A DNA stretch of 64,000 nucleotides from an uncultured Gammaproteobacteria bacterium (GTDB taxonomy: Bacteria > Patescibacteriota > Patescibacteriia > UBA1558 > S5-K13): positions 248,306-312,305 of the forward strand of contig CAZXFD010000001.1 in the NCBI GenBank assembly GCA_964640635.1. Direction: 5' to 3'. The notes below the pieces were generated by a model, which made no database searches, had not been told where the DNA came from, and saw only the letters and a list, made by a program, of their open reading frames with translations. The position numbers and the translations under genes were made by a program. This document shows positions 20,120-29,122 of the stretch, piece by piece (position 1 is the stretch's first letter; each line of letters begins with the position of its first letter).

Positions 20120-21709
20120 ATGTCCAAAACTCTTTATAGAAAATATAGACCTCAAAAATTTGAAGAAATAATAGGTCAAGATCATATTAAAATTACCCTT
20201 CAGAATGAAATAGAAAATGGATCTATATCGCATGCCTATTTATTTTTTGGTCCAAGGGGTACTGGAAAAACAACACTTGCAAGGGTTTTTGCAAAGTCTA
20301 TAAATTGTAAAAATAAAAAGACATCAGAGCCTTGTAATGAGTGTGAGATTTGTACATCTATAAACAATGGAAACTTTTTGGATCTTATAGAAATAGATGC
20401 TGCTTCAAATCGTGGTATAAATGAAATTAGAGAATTGCGCGAAATGGCAAAATATTCCCCATCAAGAGGACAATATAAGGTTTTTATCATAGATGAAGCG
20501 CACATGCTTACTATAGAGGCTTTTAATGCACTTCTAAAAACCCTTGAAGAGCCACCAAAGCATGCAATTTTTATACTTGCAACGACAGAATTTCATAAAC
20601 TACCAACTACAATAATTTCTAGATGTCAAAAATTTGAATTTAAAGTAGTGGACCTTGATAAACTTAAAATGCATTTGAAAAATGTTTGTGATAAAGAAAA
20701 TATCAAAGTAGATGACGATGTAATTAGTCTTATTACAAAGCATTCTGGTGGATATGTCAGAGACGCCCTTTCAATGCTTGGCCAAGTGCTTGCTCTTTCT
20801 GAAGATAATAATGTAGATATGGCAACGGCAAGTCTTATTTTTCCAAAATCAAATATAGAAATTATAGTAGAACTTATTGATAATATATTGTTTCAGAAAT
20901 TTGATTTTGCCATAAGAGGTCTCAATAAAATAGTATCTTCCGGAATTGATTTGGAGTATTTCACAGAAGAGCTTATTAATTATCTAAGAAAAATAGTATT
21001 GATTAAGTTGTCTGGCGCTTCTCAAGATTATTTGTGGGACGTTGAAAAAGATATTGAAGAAAAAATTATAGAACAATCTGAACAACTAGATTTAAATATT
21101 TGGCAAGGCATTTTAGAAGAATTCTATAGTGCTTTTGAGCATTTAAAAAATGAAAGATTCAAACAACTTCCACTTGAAATAGCAATTGTTTCTCTAAAAA
21201 ATAAGTTTTTTACTACTAATAATAACGAAGATAGTTTTAAGGGTGGAGGAAATATATTTTCAAATAAGCTTAAACAAGAAAAAGAAAATAATAAAAAAAG
21301 TGATGAACAAGCAAATCATATAGAAACTAGTAATCAAACTACTTTAACTTGTTCCATAGATAGTATAGTAAAAATTTGGCCACAACTACTTATAAATCTT
21401 AAGGATTACAATCATTCCTTATCTGCCTTTGTAATGGTGGGACATCCGCTTAAAATTGATAAAGATAGAATAACTCTAGGATTTCAATATAAATTCCATT
21501 TAGACAGAATTCTGGATGATAAAAACAAAAAAATTATAGAAGAGATTTTATCAGGAATATTGAATGAAAAAATAAATATTGCTGGAGAAATAGATGATAA
21601 TTATGAAGAAAATCATAGGAAAATGATTAGGGTAGATAAAAAAGAAGATGTTGATGGGGGAATTATGGAAGATTTGATGCAAAACTTTGGGGGTGAGGTA
21701 GTTGGGTAA
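20120..21709 (+). CDS. dnaX: DNA polymerase III subunit gamma/tau
   Basis: LYRKYRPQ.F, GPRGTGKT, Zn cysteines, EIDAASN, IIDEAHML, NALLKTLEEPP, SRC. Confidence 0.97.
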   Translation: MSKTLYRKYRPQKFEEIIGQDHIKITLQNEIENGSISHAYLFFGPRGTGKTTLARVFAKSINCKNKKTSEPCNECEICTSINNGNFLDLIEIDAASNRGINEIRELREMAKYSPSRGQYKVFIIDEAHMLTIEAFNALLKTLEEPPKHAIFILATTEFHKLPTTIISRCQKFEFKVVDLDKLKMHLKNVCDKENIKVDDDVISLITKHSGGYVRDALSMLGQVLALSEDNNVDMATASLIFPKSNIEIIVELIDNILFQKFDFAIRGLNKIVSSGIDLEYFTEELINYLRKIVLIKLSGASQDYLWDVEKDIEEKIIEQSEQLDLNIWQGILEEFYSAFEHLKNERFKQLPLEIAIVSLKNKFFTTNNNEDSFKGGGNIFSNKLKQEKENNKKSDEQANHIETSNQTTLTCSIDSIVKIWPQLLINLKDYNHSLSAFVMVGHPLKIDKDRITLGFQYKFHLDRILDDKNKKIIEEILSGILNEKINIAGEIDDNYEENHRKMIRVDKKEDVDGGIMEDLMQNFGGEVVG

Positions 21710-21778
21710 TAAAAAAATATTATAAAATAAAAAGAGACATCTTATTCAGGTGTCTCTTTGATTGTTGGGAATTATGGT

Positions 21779-22288
21779 TTACTTTAGTACATTAGGTTTG
21801 TCAACTTTGATATGGCGATCATGTGGTCCATTTGGATTTTTTGGACCATTATCTTTTTTTTTCGGTTTGGGTGGAGGATCGATTTGTATAAGATCTTCCT
21901 CATCAAACGATTCTGTTTCACGAATATTTCCATTTTCATCTAATTTGTCAGGTTGAATAACATATCTGTTACCTGAACGTGCACGTTTCATACAGGCAAC
22001 TATGATACCAGTGAAGCCAGTAATAATGTGTCGAACCTTAACATTAAATTCAAAGGCATTCGGAGTTTCTATTACGGGTGGTATATCATTATCGGGTGGC
22101 GCAATAATTTGAAGCCCTGGACCACCCAACATTATACTTTCTGGTAATTTACCATCCTTTGTGACTTTGGGTTGTACTTCATATCGAATACAATCCCACA
22201 TATGTTCAATTCGGCCGACTACAACCCCCTCAAAGCCAGTCATTTTATGGCGCACTAGGGAATTGAATGGAATGATTTCTTGTTTCAT
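21779..22288 (-). CDS. Orphan protein with a tandemly duplicated phage-like domain
   Basis: Two copies of VRH..TGF.G..V......G/C.RY..QP....G; AGGAGG RBS; own promoter. Confidence 0.7.
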   Translation of the reverse strand: MKQEIIPFNSLVRHKMTGFEGVVVGRIEHMWDCIRYEVQPKVTKDGKLPESIMLGGPGLQIIAPPDNDIPPVIETPNAFEFNVKVRHIITGFTGIIVACMKRARSGNRYVIQPDKLDENGNIRETESFDEEDLIQIDPPPKPKKKDNGPKNPNGPHDRHIKVDKPNVLK

Positions 22289-22440
22289 CTGTTCCTCCTG
22301 TTATTATTTTGAGAATATTTTATTATATAACTTATTAAGGAAAAGTCAAGTTGTTACAAAGTAAACAAAAAATAGAGTTTTAAACTCTATTTTTTTATGG
22401 CCATTAATAAAAAACCCGCAGATATTTTGCGGGTAATTTT

Positions 22441-22749
22441 TTATTTTAGACTAAAAGTAAAAGATGGTTCATAATTTTCATTATATCCAGGTTTGTCGTA
22501 TTTAACTGTCCAACCAACTGATCTGTAGACCTCTTCTATGTTTAACCAGCCTTGATTAGATATCTCTTCTTTTTTTAATCCCTTTTTTATCATTAGATCG
22601 ATAACATCTTTTTGTTTTATGTTAACTGAATGACCACACCATTGTTGAGCAATTAATTCATTGAACGATTCAAATACTTCATCAGGAAATATTTTGACTT
22701 TTGTTTCTGGTATTTCACTCGGTCTAATGGGCATTGTTTTGTTAGACAT
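22441..22749 (-). CDS. Hypothetical protein, phage-like
   Basis: AGGAGG RBS, TTGACT promoter upstream, hairpin terminator at 22410-22434. Confidence 0.7.
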   Translation of the reverse strand: MSNKTMPIRPSEIPETKVKIFPDEVFESFNELIAQQWCGHSVNIKQKDVIDLMIKKGLKKEEISNQGWLNIEEVYRSVGWTVKYDKPGYNENYEPSFTFSLK

Positions 22750-22922
22750 TTTGTATACCTCCTAATATTATTATTGTAATTTGATAATAACATAATGATT
22801 TAAATAGTCAATTATCTTATGTTTACTATTTAATCTTTATATAGTATAATGTTGCTATCATTTAAGGATCGTTTGTTTTTATTAAAATTTCTGTATAATA
22901 TATTTTAATAATTAAAAAATAT

Positions 22923-22996
22923 TCGGGGATCGTCTAATGGTAGGACAACAGGTTCTGGTCCTGTTTATTGGAGTTCGAATCTCTATCCCCGAGCCA
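22923..22996 (+). tRNA. tRNA-Gln (anticodon CTG), integration site (attL)
   Basis: TCGGGGA...TCCCCGA-G-CCA acceptor stem, ACAGG-TT-CTG-GT-CCTGT anticodon arm, GTTCGAAT T-loop. Confidence 0.95.
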
Positions 22997-23031
22997 TAAA
23001 AGAAACATTGTGAAAATCAGTGTTTTTTTGT

Positions 23032-24147
23032 TTATTGAAATGCTAGAATTGGAATATTATTGATGTGCTCAAACCCGATTGTGACACTATTGTGACAATT
23101 ATTATCCATTTGCTTACTTAATACACTTATTGCATCTGTTGTTGCAAGTGGTCCTAAATGAGAATATCTCATTGTAGTTTTAACATCAGAGTGTCCTAAT
23201 AATTCTTTAACGATAAGTATTGAAACTCCACTTTGAACTAAATGAGAAGCAAAAGTGTGTCTTAAAGCGTGCCAACCTATTCTTCTTAATCCTGCTAATT
23301 TACAAGCATCATGAAGTCCTTCTAGAGCCACACTGGAGGTATAAGGCTTTTCACCAACGTTTGGAAAGACTAAACCAGTTTTTATTGATCTGCTGTTCAA
23401 TAAATAAAAGAGTTGTGAAGCTAGTGGAACATATCTTATCTTATTACTTTTCGTACTTCCAATTAAGCCCCTAGTAATAGATCTTCTAACAATAATTTTT
23501 CTATTGTTGAGATCAATATCGCTCCAATCAAGAATAGCAAGCTCTCCAAATCTCAATCCAGTCATAGAGTCCATTAAAATCATCTCTTTTATCATCCCAT
23601 TAGACGCGAATAAAAGTGATGACAATTCTTCGTTGCTCAGAAAATCAAATTTCTGTGGAGGAACTTTTAATAGTCTCATTTTAGGTACCTTATTTATACA
23701 CTCCCATTCTTGGGCTGTCTTAAGACATTTACTTAGAATCGTTAGAAGATTATTTATTGTTTTTGGGTTTAGTTTTTCCGATAGCTTTTTTGCTTTAAAT
23801 TCTTCTATCTGCAATACGGTTATTTTATCTAAGTGTAATTTTCCAAAAAATGGAATTAAATGTCTATTAAGAGCATATCTCTTACTAGCTTGTTCAGATT
23901 CTTTGTTGTTATTTACAACATAGGTTTTGTGCCATTTTAGCGCAAATTCAGAAAATATAGGTGCCTTGGTATATTTCTCTATTTTCTCGATTATATCTTC
24001 ACCACGGGCTAATTTAGAGCGAATAATACCCTCATAAACCTTGGCTCCGGTAAAACTATTTTCTGGACTAGGCATTCTATGTCTTTGTCTATTAAACATG
24101 AAATCTATCCAATATTTATTTCCTCTTTTACGTATACTCATATTCAT
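23032..24147 (-). CDS. Tyrosine recombinase / phage integrase
   Basis: Catalytic set TGLRFGEL (R), TKSNK (K), HALRH, LLGH, RYSH; arm-binding N-terminus; adjacent to the tRNA. Confidence 0.95.
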   Translation of the reverse strand: MNMSIRKRGNKYWIDFMFNRQRHRMPSPENSFTGAKVYEGIIRSKLARGEDIIEKIEKYTKAPIFSEFALKWHKTYVVNNNKESEQASKRYALNRHLIPFFGKLHLDKITVLQIEEFKAKKLSEKLNPKTINNLLTILSKCLKTAQEWECINKVPKMRLLKVPPQKFDFLSNEELSSLLFASNGMIKEMILMDSMTGLRFGELAILDWSDIDLNNRKIIVRRSITRGLIGSTKSNKIRYVPLASQLFYLLNSRSIKTGLVFPNVGEKPYTSSVALEGLHDACKLAGLRRIGWHALRHTFASHLVQSGVSILIVKELLGHSDVKTTMRYSHLGPLATTDAISVLSKQMDNNCHNSVTIGFEHINNIPILAFQ

Positions 24148-24353
24148 CTTGAGATTATTTTGACTTGAACATTATTCAAATAAGCCTCAACATCTTCTCG
24201 TTTAAATCTTAAGCTTCCACCTATTTTATAAAACTGAATTACTCTTTGATTTATCAGTCTATAAATAGTTGGTTTAGAAATACTTAAAAATTTAGCAAGA
24301 TCATCTGGCGTTAAAAATGGTTTATTTATAATATTGTTCGCATCGTCAATCAT
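24144..24353 (-). CDS. Excisionase-like HTH (HTH_17/MerR-type)
   Basis: LTPDDLAKFLSISKPTIYRL...KIGGSLRF; ATGA overlap with the integrase. Confidence 0.88.
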   Translation of the reverse strand: MIDDANNIINKPFLTPDDLAKFLSISKPTIYRLINQRVIQFYKIGGSLRFKREDVEAYLNNVQVKIISR

Positions 24354-24449
24354 ATAAGTTGTTAAAGAACAATATTGATGAGATAAATATATATTTATCT
24401 CTAAGCAATATTATCCTATCATTTTTTGTTATTCATTTAAAGATACTTC

Positions 24450-24914
24450 TTATTTAGCTTCTTTCATTATTCGATAAATTTCTGATTCTGGTAAAAAACG
24501 ACTAAATATTTTTTCTATTCTTTTATTTGACTCTTCTCTTTTTCTAGCTAATTCTTCTGGATCTTCTTGGATTTGAATTTGTTGAATATAACTATCATTA
24601 AACATTCCAATTGATTTTCCGATCCAAATATTAGCATTTAATCTTACGTTTTCATTCTTAGACGATTCGGCTAAATGTTTTAAGTTTTTTAAAACGTAAT
24701 CTGAATTTAGCTCTAGAACATCGAACCTTCGTTGCAAATATATCTTAACCTTAGTTATTCTTAGCAATTTACTAGCATTAACAGCCGCAACTTCATCGCT
24801 CAGTGTTTGTCCATATACTTTTTTATATGCTTTAGTAGCATTGCGATTACAATTTATGTATTCTTCTGCAAAAACTAATTGCTTATCTATTTCTTTTGTT
24901 TTTGTTGTGTTCAT
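24450..24914 (-). CDS. Terminase small subunit-like protein
   Basis: FAEEY...NATKAY..VY....AAVNASKLL...V..YL helix-turn-helix, followed by RL.A...IGK.IGMF. Confidence 0.75.
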   Translation of the reverse strand: MNTTKTKEIDKQLVFAEEYINCNRNATKAYKKVYGQTLSDEVAAVNASKLLRITKVKIYLQRRFDVLELNSDYVLKNLKHLAESSKNENVRLNANIWIGKSIGMFNDSYIQQIQIQEDPEELARKREESNKRIEKIFSRFLPESEIYRIMKEAK

Positions 24915-25117
24915 TATCTTATTATTTGTTAATTGCTTGTTAAAATATTTTTAACAAACTAATTATGGCTTAAAATAGATATTATTTGTTATTTGTGGGA
25001 TGAACTTATTGTTTTCTACCAATAAGGAAAGATAGCTTCCTTGATTGATTCCGAAGGAATCAAGGTAGCTAGCTTATTAACTTGTTAATATATATATGTA
25101 TATTAAAAGTTAACAAG

Positions 25118-26254
25118 CTAGTTTTTGGTTGCTGGAAAATAATAATTTGCTTGTCCCTGTTTACCTACATCTAAAATTTCAGCATCTACTAATTCTTTAA
25201 ATGCCGACCTTAAATTACTATCTTTAATATCTGTTTGATTTAGTACGTCTCTAATTGTTAATCCAGAGACCTCTTTTAGCATCTCTAAAATCTTTTCTTT
25301 GGCCTCGTCGACTTTTTTTGTCTTTTCTTGAGCTTCTCCTAGAAATTCCCATCTTATTTTTTTTTCTGTGTCTATAATTCTAATCACCACCTTTTGCTGT
25401 AATTTTTTTGACGACCTTGCTTTTTCTTGTGAAATTGTTATATCTAAAGCATTTTCACCTTCTTCAGTTATAGAATTTTTTGATTCCAGTGCTAAATGAG
25501 AAGATGTTTTACTTACAATTTCTGAACTACCCCTCATTGAATTTTGACTTATTTTCTCTCCTTGATATGGCTTACGGTTATGGTGTGTAAAAATCACAGA
25601 AATTTTGGTTTGTCTGATTAACTCTAATAATTGACTTGTAATTTTTTTCATTTCTGTTGAACTATTTTCCTCTTTATCATGAATTGTAGTAAGGGTATCT
25701 AATATTATTACCCCGTAATTATTTTTTTGTATTTTGAGTACTAAATTATTGAAATCTTCAGGATCGTCAATTTTAAAATTCTGATCTATCATATAGTCTA
25801 AACCCGCTATGTTGTCATTCGCTATTTTTTGTAGTCTTAATGCAATTTCATTCTTGTTCATTTCGCCATCCACATAAAGCACTTTTGTTTTCTCTACTTC
25901 ATATTCCCCAAAGACTTTTTTTCCTTGGATTATTTGATATGCCATAATTAATACTAATAAAGATTTTCCGGCTCCAGACTGTGCAGAAATCGCTGTAATG
26001 CTTTCTTTGGGAATCAGTGGATTAATAATGAAATATTCCGGTTGAACTTTATATTTCATTAATTCTTGAGCAGTTGTAATAACAAAATCATTAGACTCAT
26101 CAATAATCTTTGATTCATCTTGTTGTTCAAATTTTGGAAATTTCATATCTTCTAATCTTGAAGTTTGTATATCATCCCAATTAGGAGCCTCAATCAATTT
26201 AATTTCTCCATCCATAGAACCTTTTGTTTCATTATTAGTCTCATTTGTTGGCAT
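25118..26254 (-). CDS. RecA-like AAA (AAA_25/RepA-type) replication helicase with C-terminal wHTH
   Basis: AQSGAGKS Walker A, VLYVDGEM, IILDTL Walker B, HHNRK, MRGSS. Confidence 0.82.
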   Translation of the reverse strand: MPTNETNNETKGSMDGEIKLIEAPNWDDIQTSRLEDMKFPKFEQQDESKIIDESNDFVITTAQELMKYKVQPEYFIINPLIPKESITAISAQSGAGKSLLVLIMAYQIIQGKKVFGEYEVEKTKVLYVDGEMNKNEIALRLQKIANDNIAGLDYMIDQNFKIDDPEDFNNLVLKIQKNNYGVIILDTLTTIHDKEENSSTEMKKITSQLLELIRQTKISVIFTHHNRKPYQGEKISQNSMRGSSEIVSKTSSHLALESKNSITEEGENALDITISQEKARSSKKLQQKVVIRIIDTEKKIRWEFLGEAQEKTKKVDEAKEKILEMLKEVSGLTIRDVLNQTDIKDSNLRSAFKELVDAEILDVGKQGQANYYFPATKN

Positions 26255-26262
26255 ATTATTAT

Positions 26263-26565
26263 TTAGTTAATCGTCTTTATCGCAGATTCTTGAATATTTT
26301 TTTCTGCTATAGAATAATCTGCATTCAATTGACCATGTTTATTTATTTTATATCCAAAATCTAAAGAAGCTTTTATAAATGACTCTCTTGAAATATATCC
26401 GCCAAGAATATTCCCCATACTTTTTTCAACACAATGTTTTAGGTTTTGAGCAGTATATTTTTTATTAATATTTTTTTTTATTTTTACAAACTTTTGAAGC
26501 CATTCTTTACATAATTGAACTTCTTTTTCATTTATATATTTAATATCTAAATTTTTTATTTTCAT
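26263..26565 (-). CDS. Hypothetical phage/satellite protein
   Basis: ORF co-directional with the replication module (LKH.VE...YIS..SFI.A....GY). Confidence 0.6.
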   Translation of the reverse strand: MKIKNLDIKYINEKEVQLCKEWLQKFVKIKKNINKKYTAQNLKHCVEKSMGNILGGYISRESFIKASLDFGYKINKHGQLNADYSIAEKNIQESAIKTIN

Positions 26566-26658
26566 ATTATTATTTTAATTTATAAACTTATAATGAGACT
26601 CATTCATGGCCCATGATTTTTGGGTAATGTGTAAATTCTAAAATTGTTTTTATGTGGT

Positions 26659-26928
26659 TTAAGTTTCATAAATCCTTGATTTAATTTCTTTTATTAAACT
26701 AAAAAATACTAGTGGTTCAACTAATAACTCTTTTTTCCAGAATCTATTGAGAATTATTTCCAGGTTTTTATCTATTTTGAAATAGAATATAGTCCTTTTA
26801 GGATTTTCTTTATCCATTTTTTCTATTTTGTAATTGAAGTAAGACAATACGACTATTGTATTAAAGTCCGTTGTTGAAAATAATTTTTTATTATTCATTA
26901 TTATGCTCATATAATTTTTTCCTTTCAT
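26659..26928 (-). CDS. DUF5659-like small protein
   Basis: FSTTDF.....L...Y......F.F......FW...L.VEP..FF...K..K.R pattern. Confidence 0.65.
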   Translation of the reverse strand: MKGKNYMSIIMNNKKLFSTTDFNTIVVLSYFNYKIEKMDKENPKRTIFYFKIDKNLEIILNRFWKKELLVEPLVFFSLIKEIKSRIYET

Positions 26929-27046
26929 ATTAAAATTATATGCCTATATAGAAAGACAAAAAATTTGTTTAGATTCTAAACAAATCAAAAAAACGCTTAA
27001 TTTTATTAGCGTTTTTTTATATTTCTTTTATGGGTTTCTTTAGATT

Positions 27047-27787
27047 CTAAACAGTATACTTATTTTCTAATTTTTTATATTCTTCTTCGTTTTTTAATGT
27101 TTCTATGTGGATAACTTTTGTAATAGTATTCGCTCTCTTTTCTAATATAGAGGTTGGAGTAAAAATTTTATCACAATAGAATTTTAATCTTTTATTATAA
27201 TTAATACTCATTAATGTTTTGATGTTGCAATCTTTCAAAATATCTATATTAACGTCTTTATTTCTTATTTCTGCTAAATTATATAAGCTATCCGCCCAAC
27301 CCTTTTTATCATTAGCACTCATATTTCTTGGAAATATTGACGCATTCTTTATCTCGCCAATCACAATATATTTATATCCTTTGGAACCATCTTTAAATAT
27401 ATACAATTTCTTGATTTTGTTTTTCTCCTTTTCATCCATAATTTCTCTACATAATTTATTGAATTCGTTGCTTATATTAATTACATATTGATATGGGTAT
27501 TTAAAATACATTCCTAAATATTTACTAGGCACTAATTCATCTTCTTCTGAATTTGGCCTTACGCTTTGTAAAAATCCTGAATTTTTTAACTCATCCAAAG
27601 CTATAGGAAATAATGAATTCACAAAGCCGCTATTTTTCAATTCCTCGTCTTTAATTATTAAGTCTATTTGGTCAAATTTCTCATTTAGTGGGTGGTATTC
27701 ATAAAATGGGTCTGATTTTAAAGTTTTCAATTTAATCTTTAATAATCCAATTATAAACTTTTTGCCATCTTCAATATTGGTATTCAT
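27047..27787 (-). CDS. Hypothetical protein (possible element regulator)
   Basis: 246-aa ORF at the head of the leftward module; no motif recognised. Confidence 0.55.
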   Translation of the reverse strand: MNTNIEDGKKFIIGLLKIKLKTLKSDPFYEYHPLNEKFDQIDLIIKDEELKNSGFVNSLFPIALDELKNSGFLQSVRPNSEEDELVPSKYLGMYFKYPYQYVINISNEFNKLCREIMDEKEKNKIKKLYIFKDGSKGYKYIVIGEIKNASIFPRNMSANDKKGWADSLYNLAEIRNKDVNIDILKDCNIKTLMSINYNKRLKFYCDKIFTPTSILEKRANTITKVIHIETLKNEEEYKKLENKYTV

Positions 27788-27889
27788 ATATTTTTCATTT
27801 TAATCTTAATATATTTCTATAATATCTCTATTGCATAGGCTTGTAAACAATATATTGATTACCTAGGTGTTTTAACATATAATAAAAGA

Positions 27890-28045
27890 GCCAAACGATA
27901 GAAGAAATTTATAGGGATTTTAATAAAATCACAGCTTTTTGTGACATTCTCATTTGTGACAAGGATCGGGCATACCGACCAAAACACAAATGGGAATTCC
28001 TATGGATACCTTTTGTCGTTTGGCAGGTCGGGTGTCCGTTTTTGT
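27890..28045 (+). ncRNA. Candidate structured (pseudoknotted) RNA / leader
   Basis: TTGATT-17-TATAAT promoter (27855-27883); three long complementary segment pairs with G-U wobbles; ends in a T-run. Confidence 0.55.
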
Positions 28046-28068
28046 TTATATAAATAAATTAAATAACT

Positions 28069-28221
28069 ATGGAAATAAGACAAATGATAATTGCATTCAC
28101 GTGGATAATGTTTTGGGGATACGTTATTGCAAATATTAGTCATGCACAAAAAGAATCCAAGGTGTTTTATTGGCTTCTTTTAATCTCTATAATGATATCA
28201 TTAACAATTATTAAAATTTAA
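28069..28221 (+). CDS. Unannotated 50-aa two-TM hydrophobic peptide
   Basis: MEIRQMIIAFTWIMFWGYVIANISHAQKESKVFYWLLLISIMISLTIIKI*; below the ORF track cut-off. Confidence 0.5.
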   Translation: MEIRQMIIAFTWIMFWGYVIANISHAQKESKVFYWLLLISIMISLTIIKI

Positions 28222-28255
28222 AAGCCACATAAATATTATAGGGTAAATTAATAAT

Positions 28256-29098
28256 ATGAAAAAAATATTACATTTTGATGATGAGTCAGTGTTGGGTAAT
28301 ATGTTTAAGTTAAAATTTGAAAAAGCTGGATTTATTGTTCAGTATTATGAAAAACTTCCAAAAGATGAAGAAGAATTTATTAATTTAGTCCTATCAGAAA
28401 ATCCAAATATTATTTTGACTGATATTATTCACCAAGGATTAGATGGATTTGAAATGACAGAAATATTAAAAGGTGATGATAGAACAAAAAACATTCCAAT
28501 TATTGCTTTTACAAACATGAATCAGGAAGAAGACATAAAAAGAGGCATTGATTTAGGAATGAGTGATTATATTGTTAACACAACAAAAATAGAGGAAATT
28601 GTCAGTAGAATAAACAACATAATAAATAATAAGATTTCTAAGAAACAAAAAACTATGAAGCAGATTCTAGACAAAACAATGGAGCTTATTGAATCTTCGA
28701 AGAGGACTATGGCGGCAAGATTTTGCAGTGGAGATGGGAGAAATGAAACTTTTGGTATTGATTTTGGTCCGATCACTCCAGAAATTGACTCGAATATGGC
28801 GGCAGAAGCCTATGGCTCAATAGGCATATATTTTTCTAAGAACAAAACGGATCGCAGTTTATCTGAAGGTCAATTTTGTTTAATATTAATGATGGGCGAA
28901 GATATAATGGTTGGATCATTTATTATTGCAAAACTTGGTGGAGAAGAAATGATAAATGAAATGAGAAAAAGAATTATAGACTTAAGAATTAAGAATGTTG
29001 GTGATAGGATAGATGGATTAGAAGAAGCTGTTTTACTAAAAGAAACAAACGATTATTTTGACCACTGTTTAAATTTTGGAAATAATTTAGCTAAGTAA
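28256..29098 (+). CDS. Receiver (REC) domain protein with unknown C-terminal domain
   Basis: KKILHFDDE, IILTDI...LDGFE, IPIIAFT, G..DYIV. Confidence 0.75.
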   Translation: MKKILHFDDESVLGNMFKLKFEKAGFIVQYYEKLPKDEEEFINLVLSENPNIILTDIIHQGLDGFEMTEILKGDDRTKNIPIIAFTNMNQEEDIKRGIDLGMSDYIVNTTKIEEIVSRINNIINNKISKKQKTMKQILDKTMELIESSKRTMAARFCSGDGRNETFGIDFGPITPEIDSNMAAEAYGSIGIYFSKNKTDRSLSEGQFCLILMMGEDIMVGSFIIAKLGGEEMINEMRKRIIDLRIKNVGDRIDGLEEAVLLKETNDYFDHCLNFGNNLAK

Positions 29099-29122
29099 TT
29101 TAAATTATTTAGTCATATTAGA

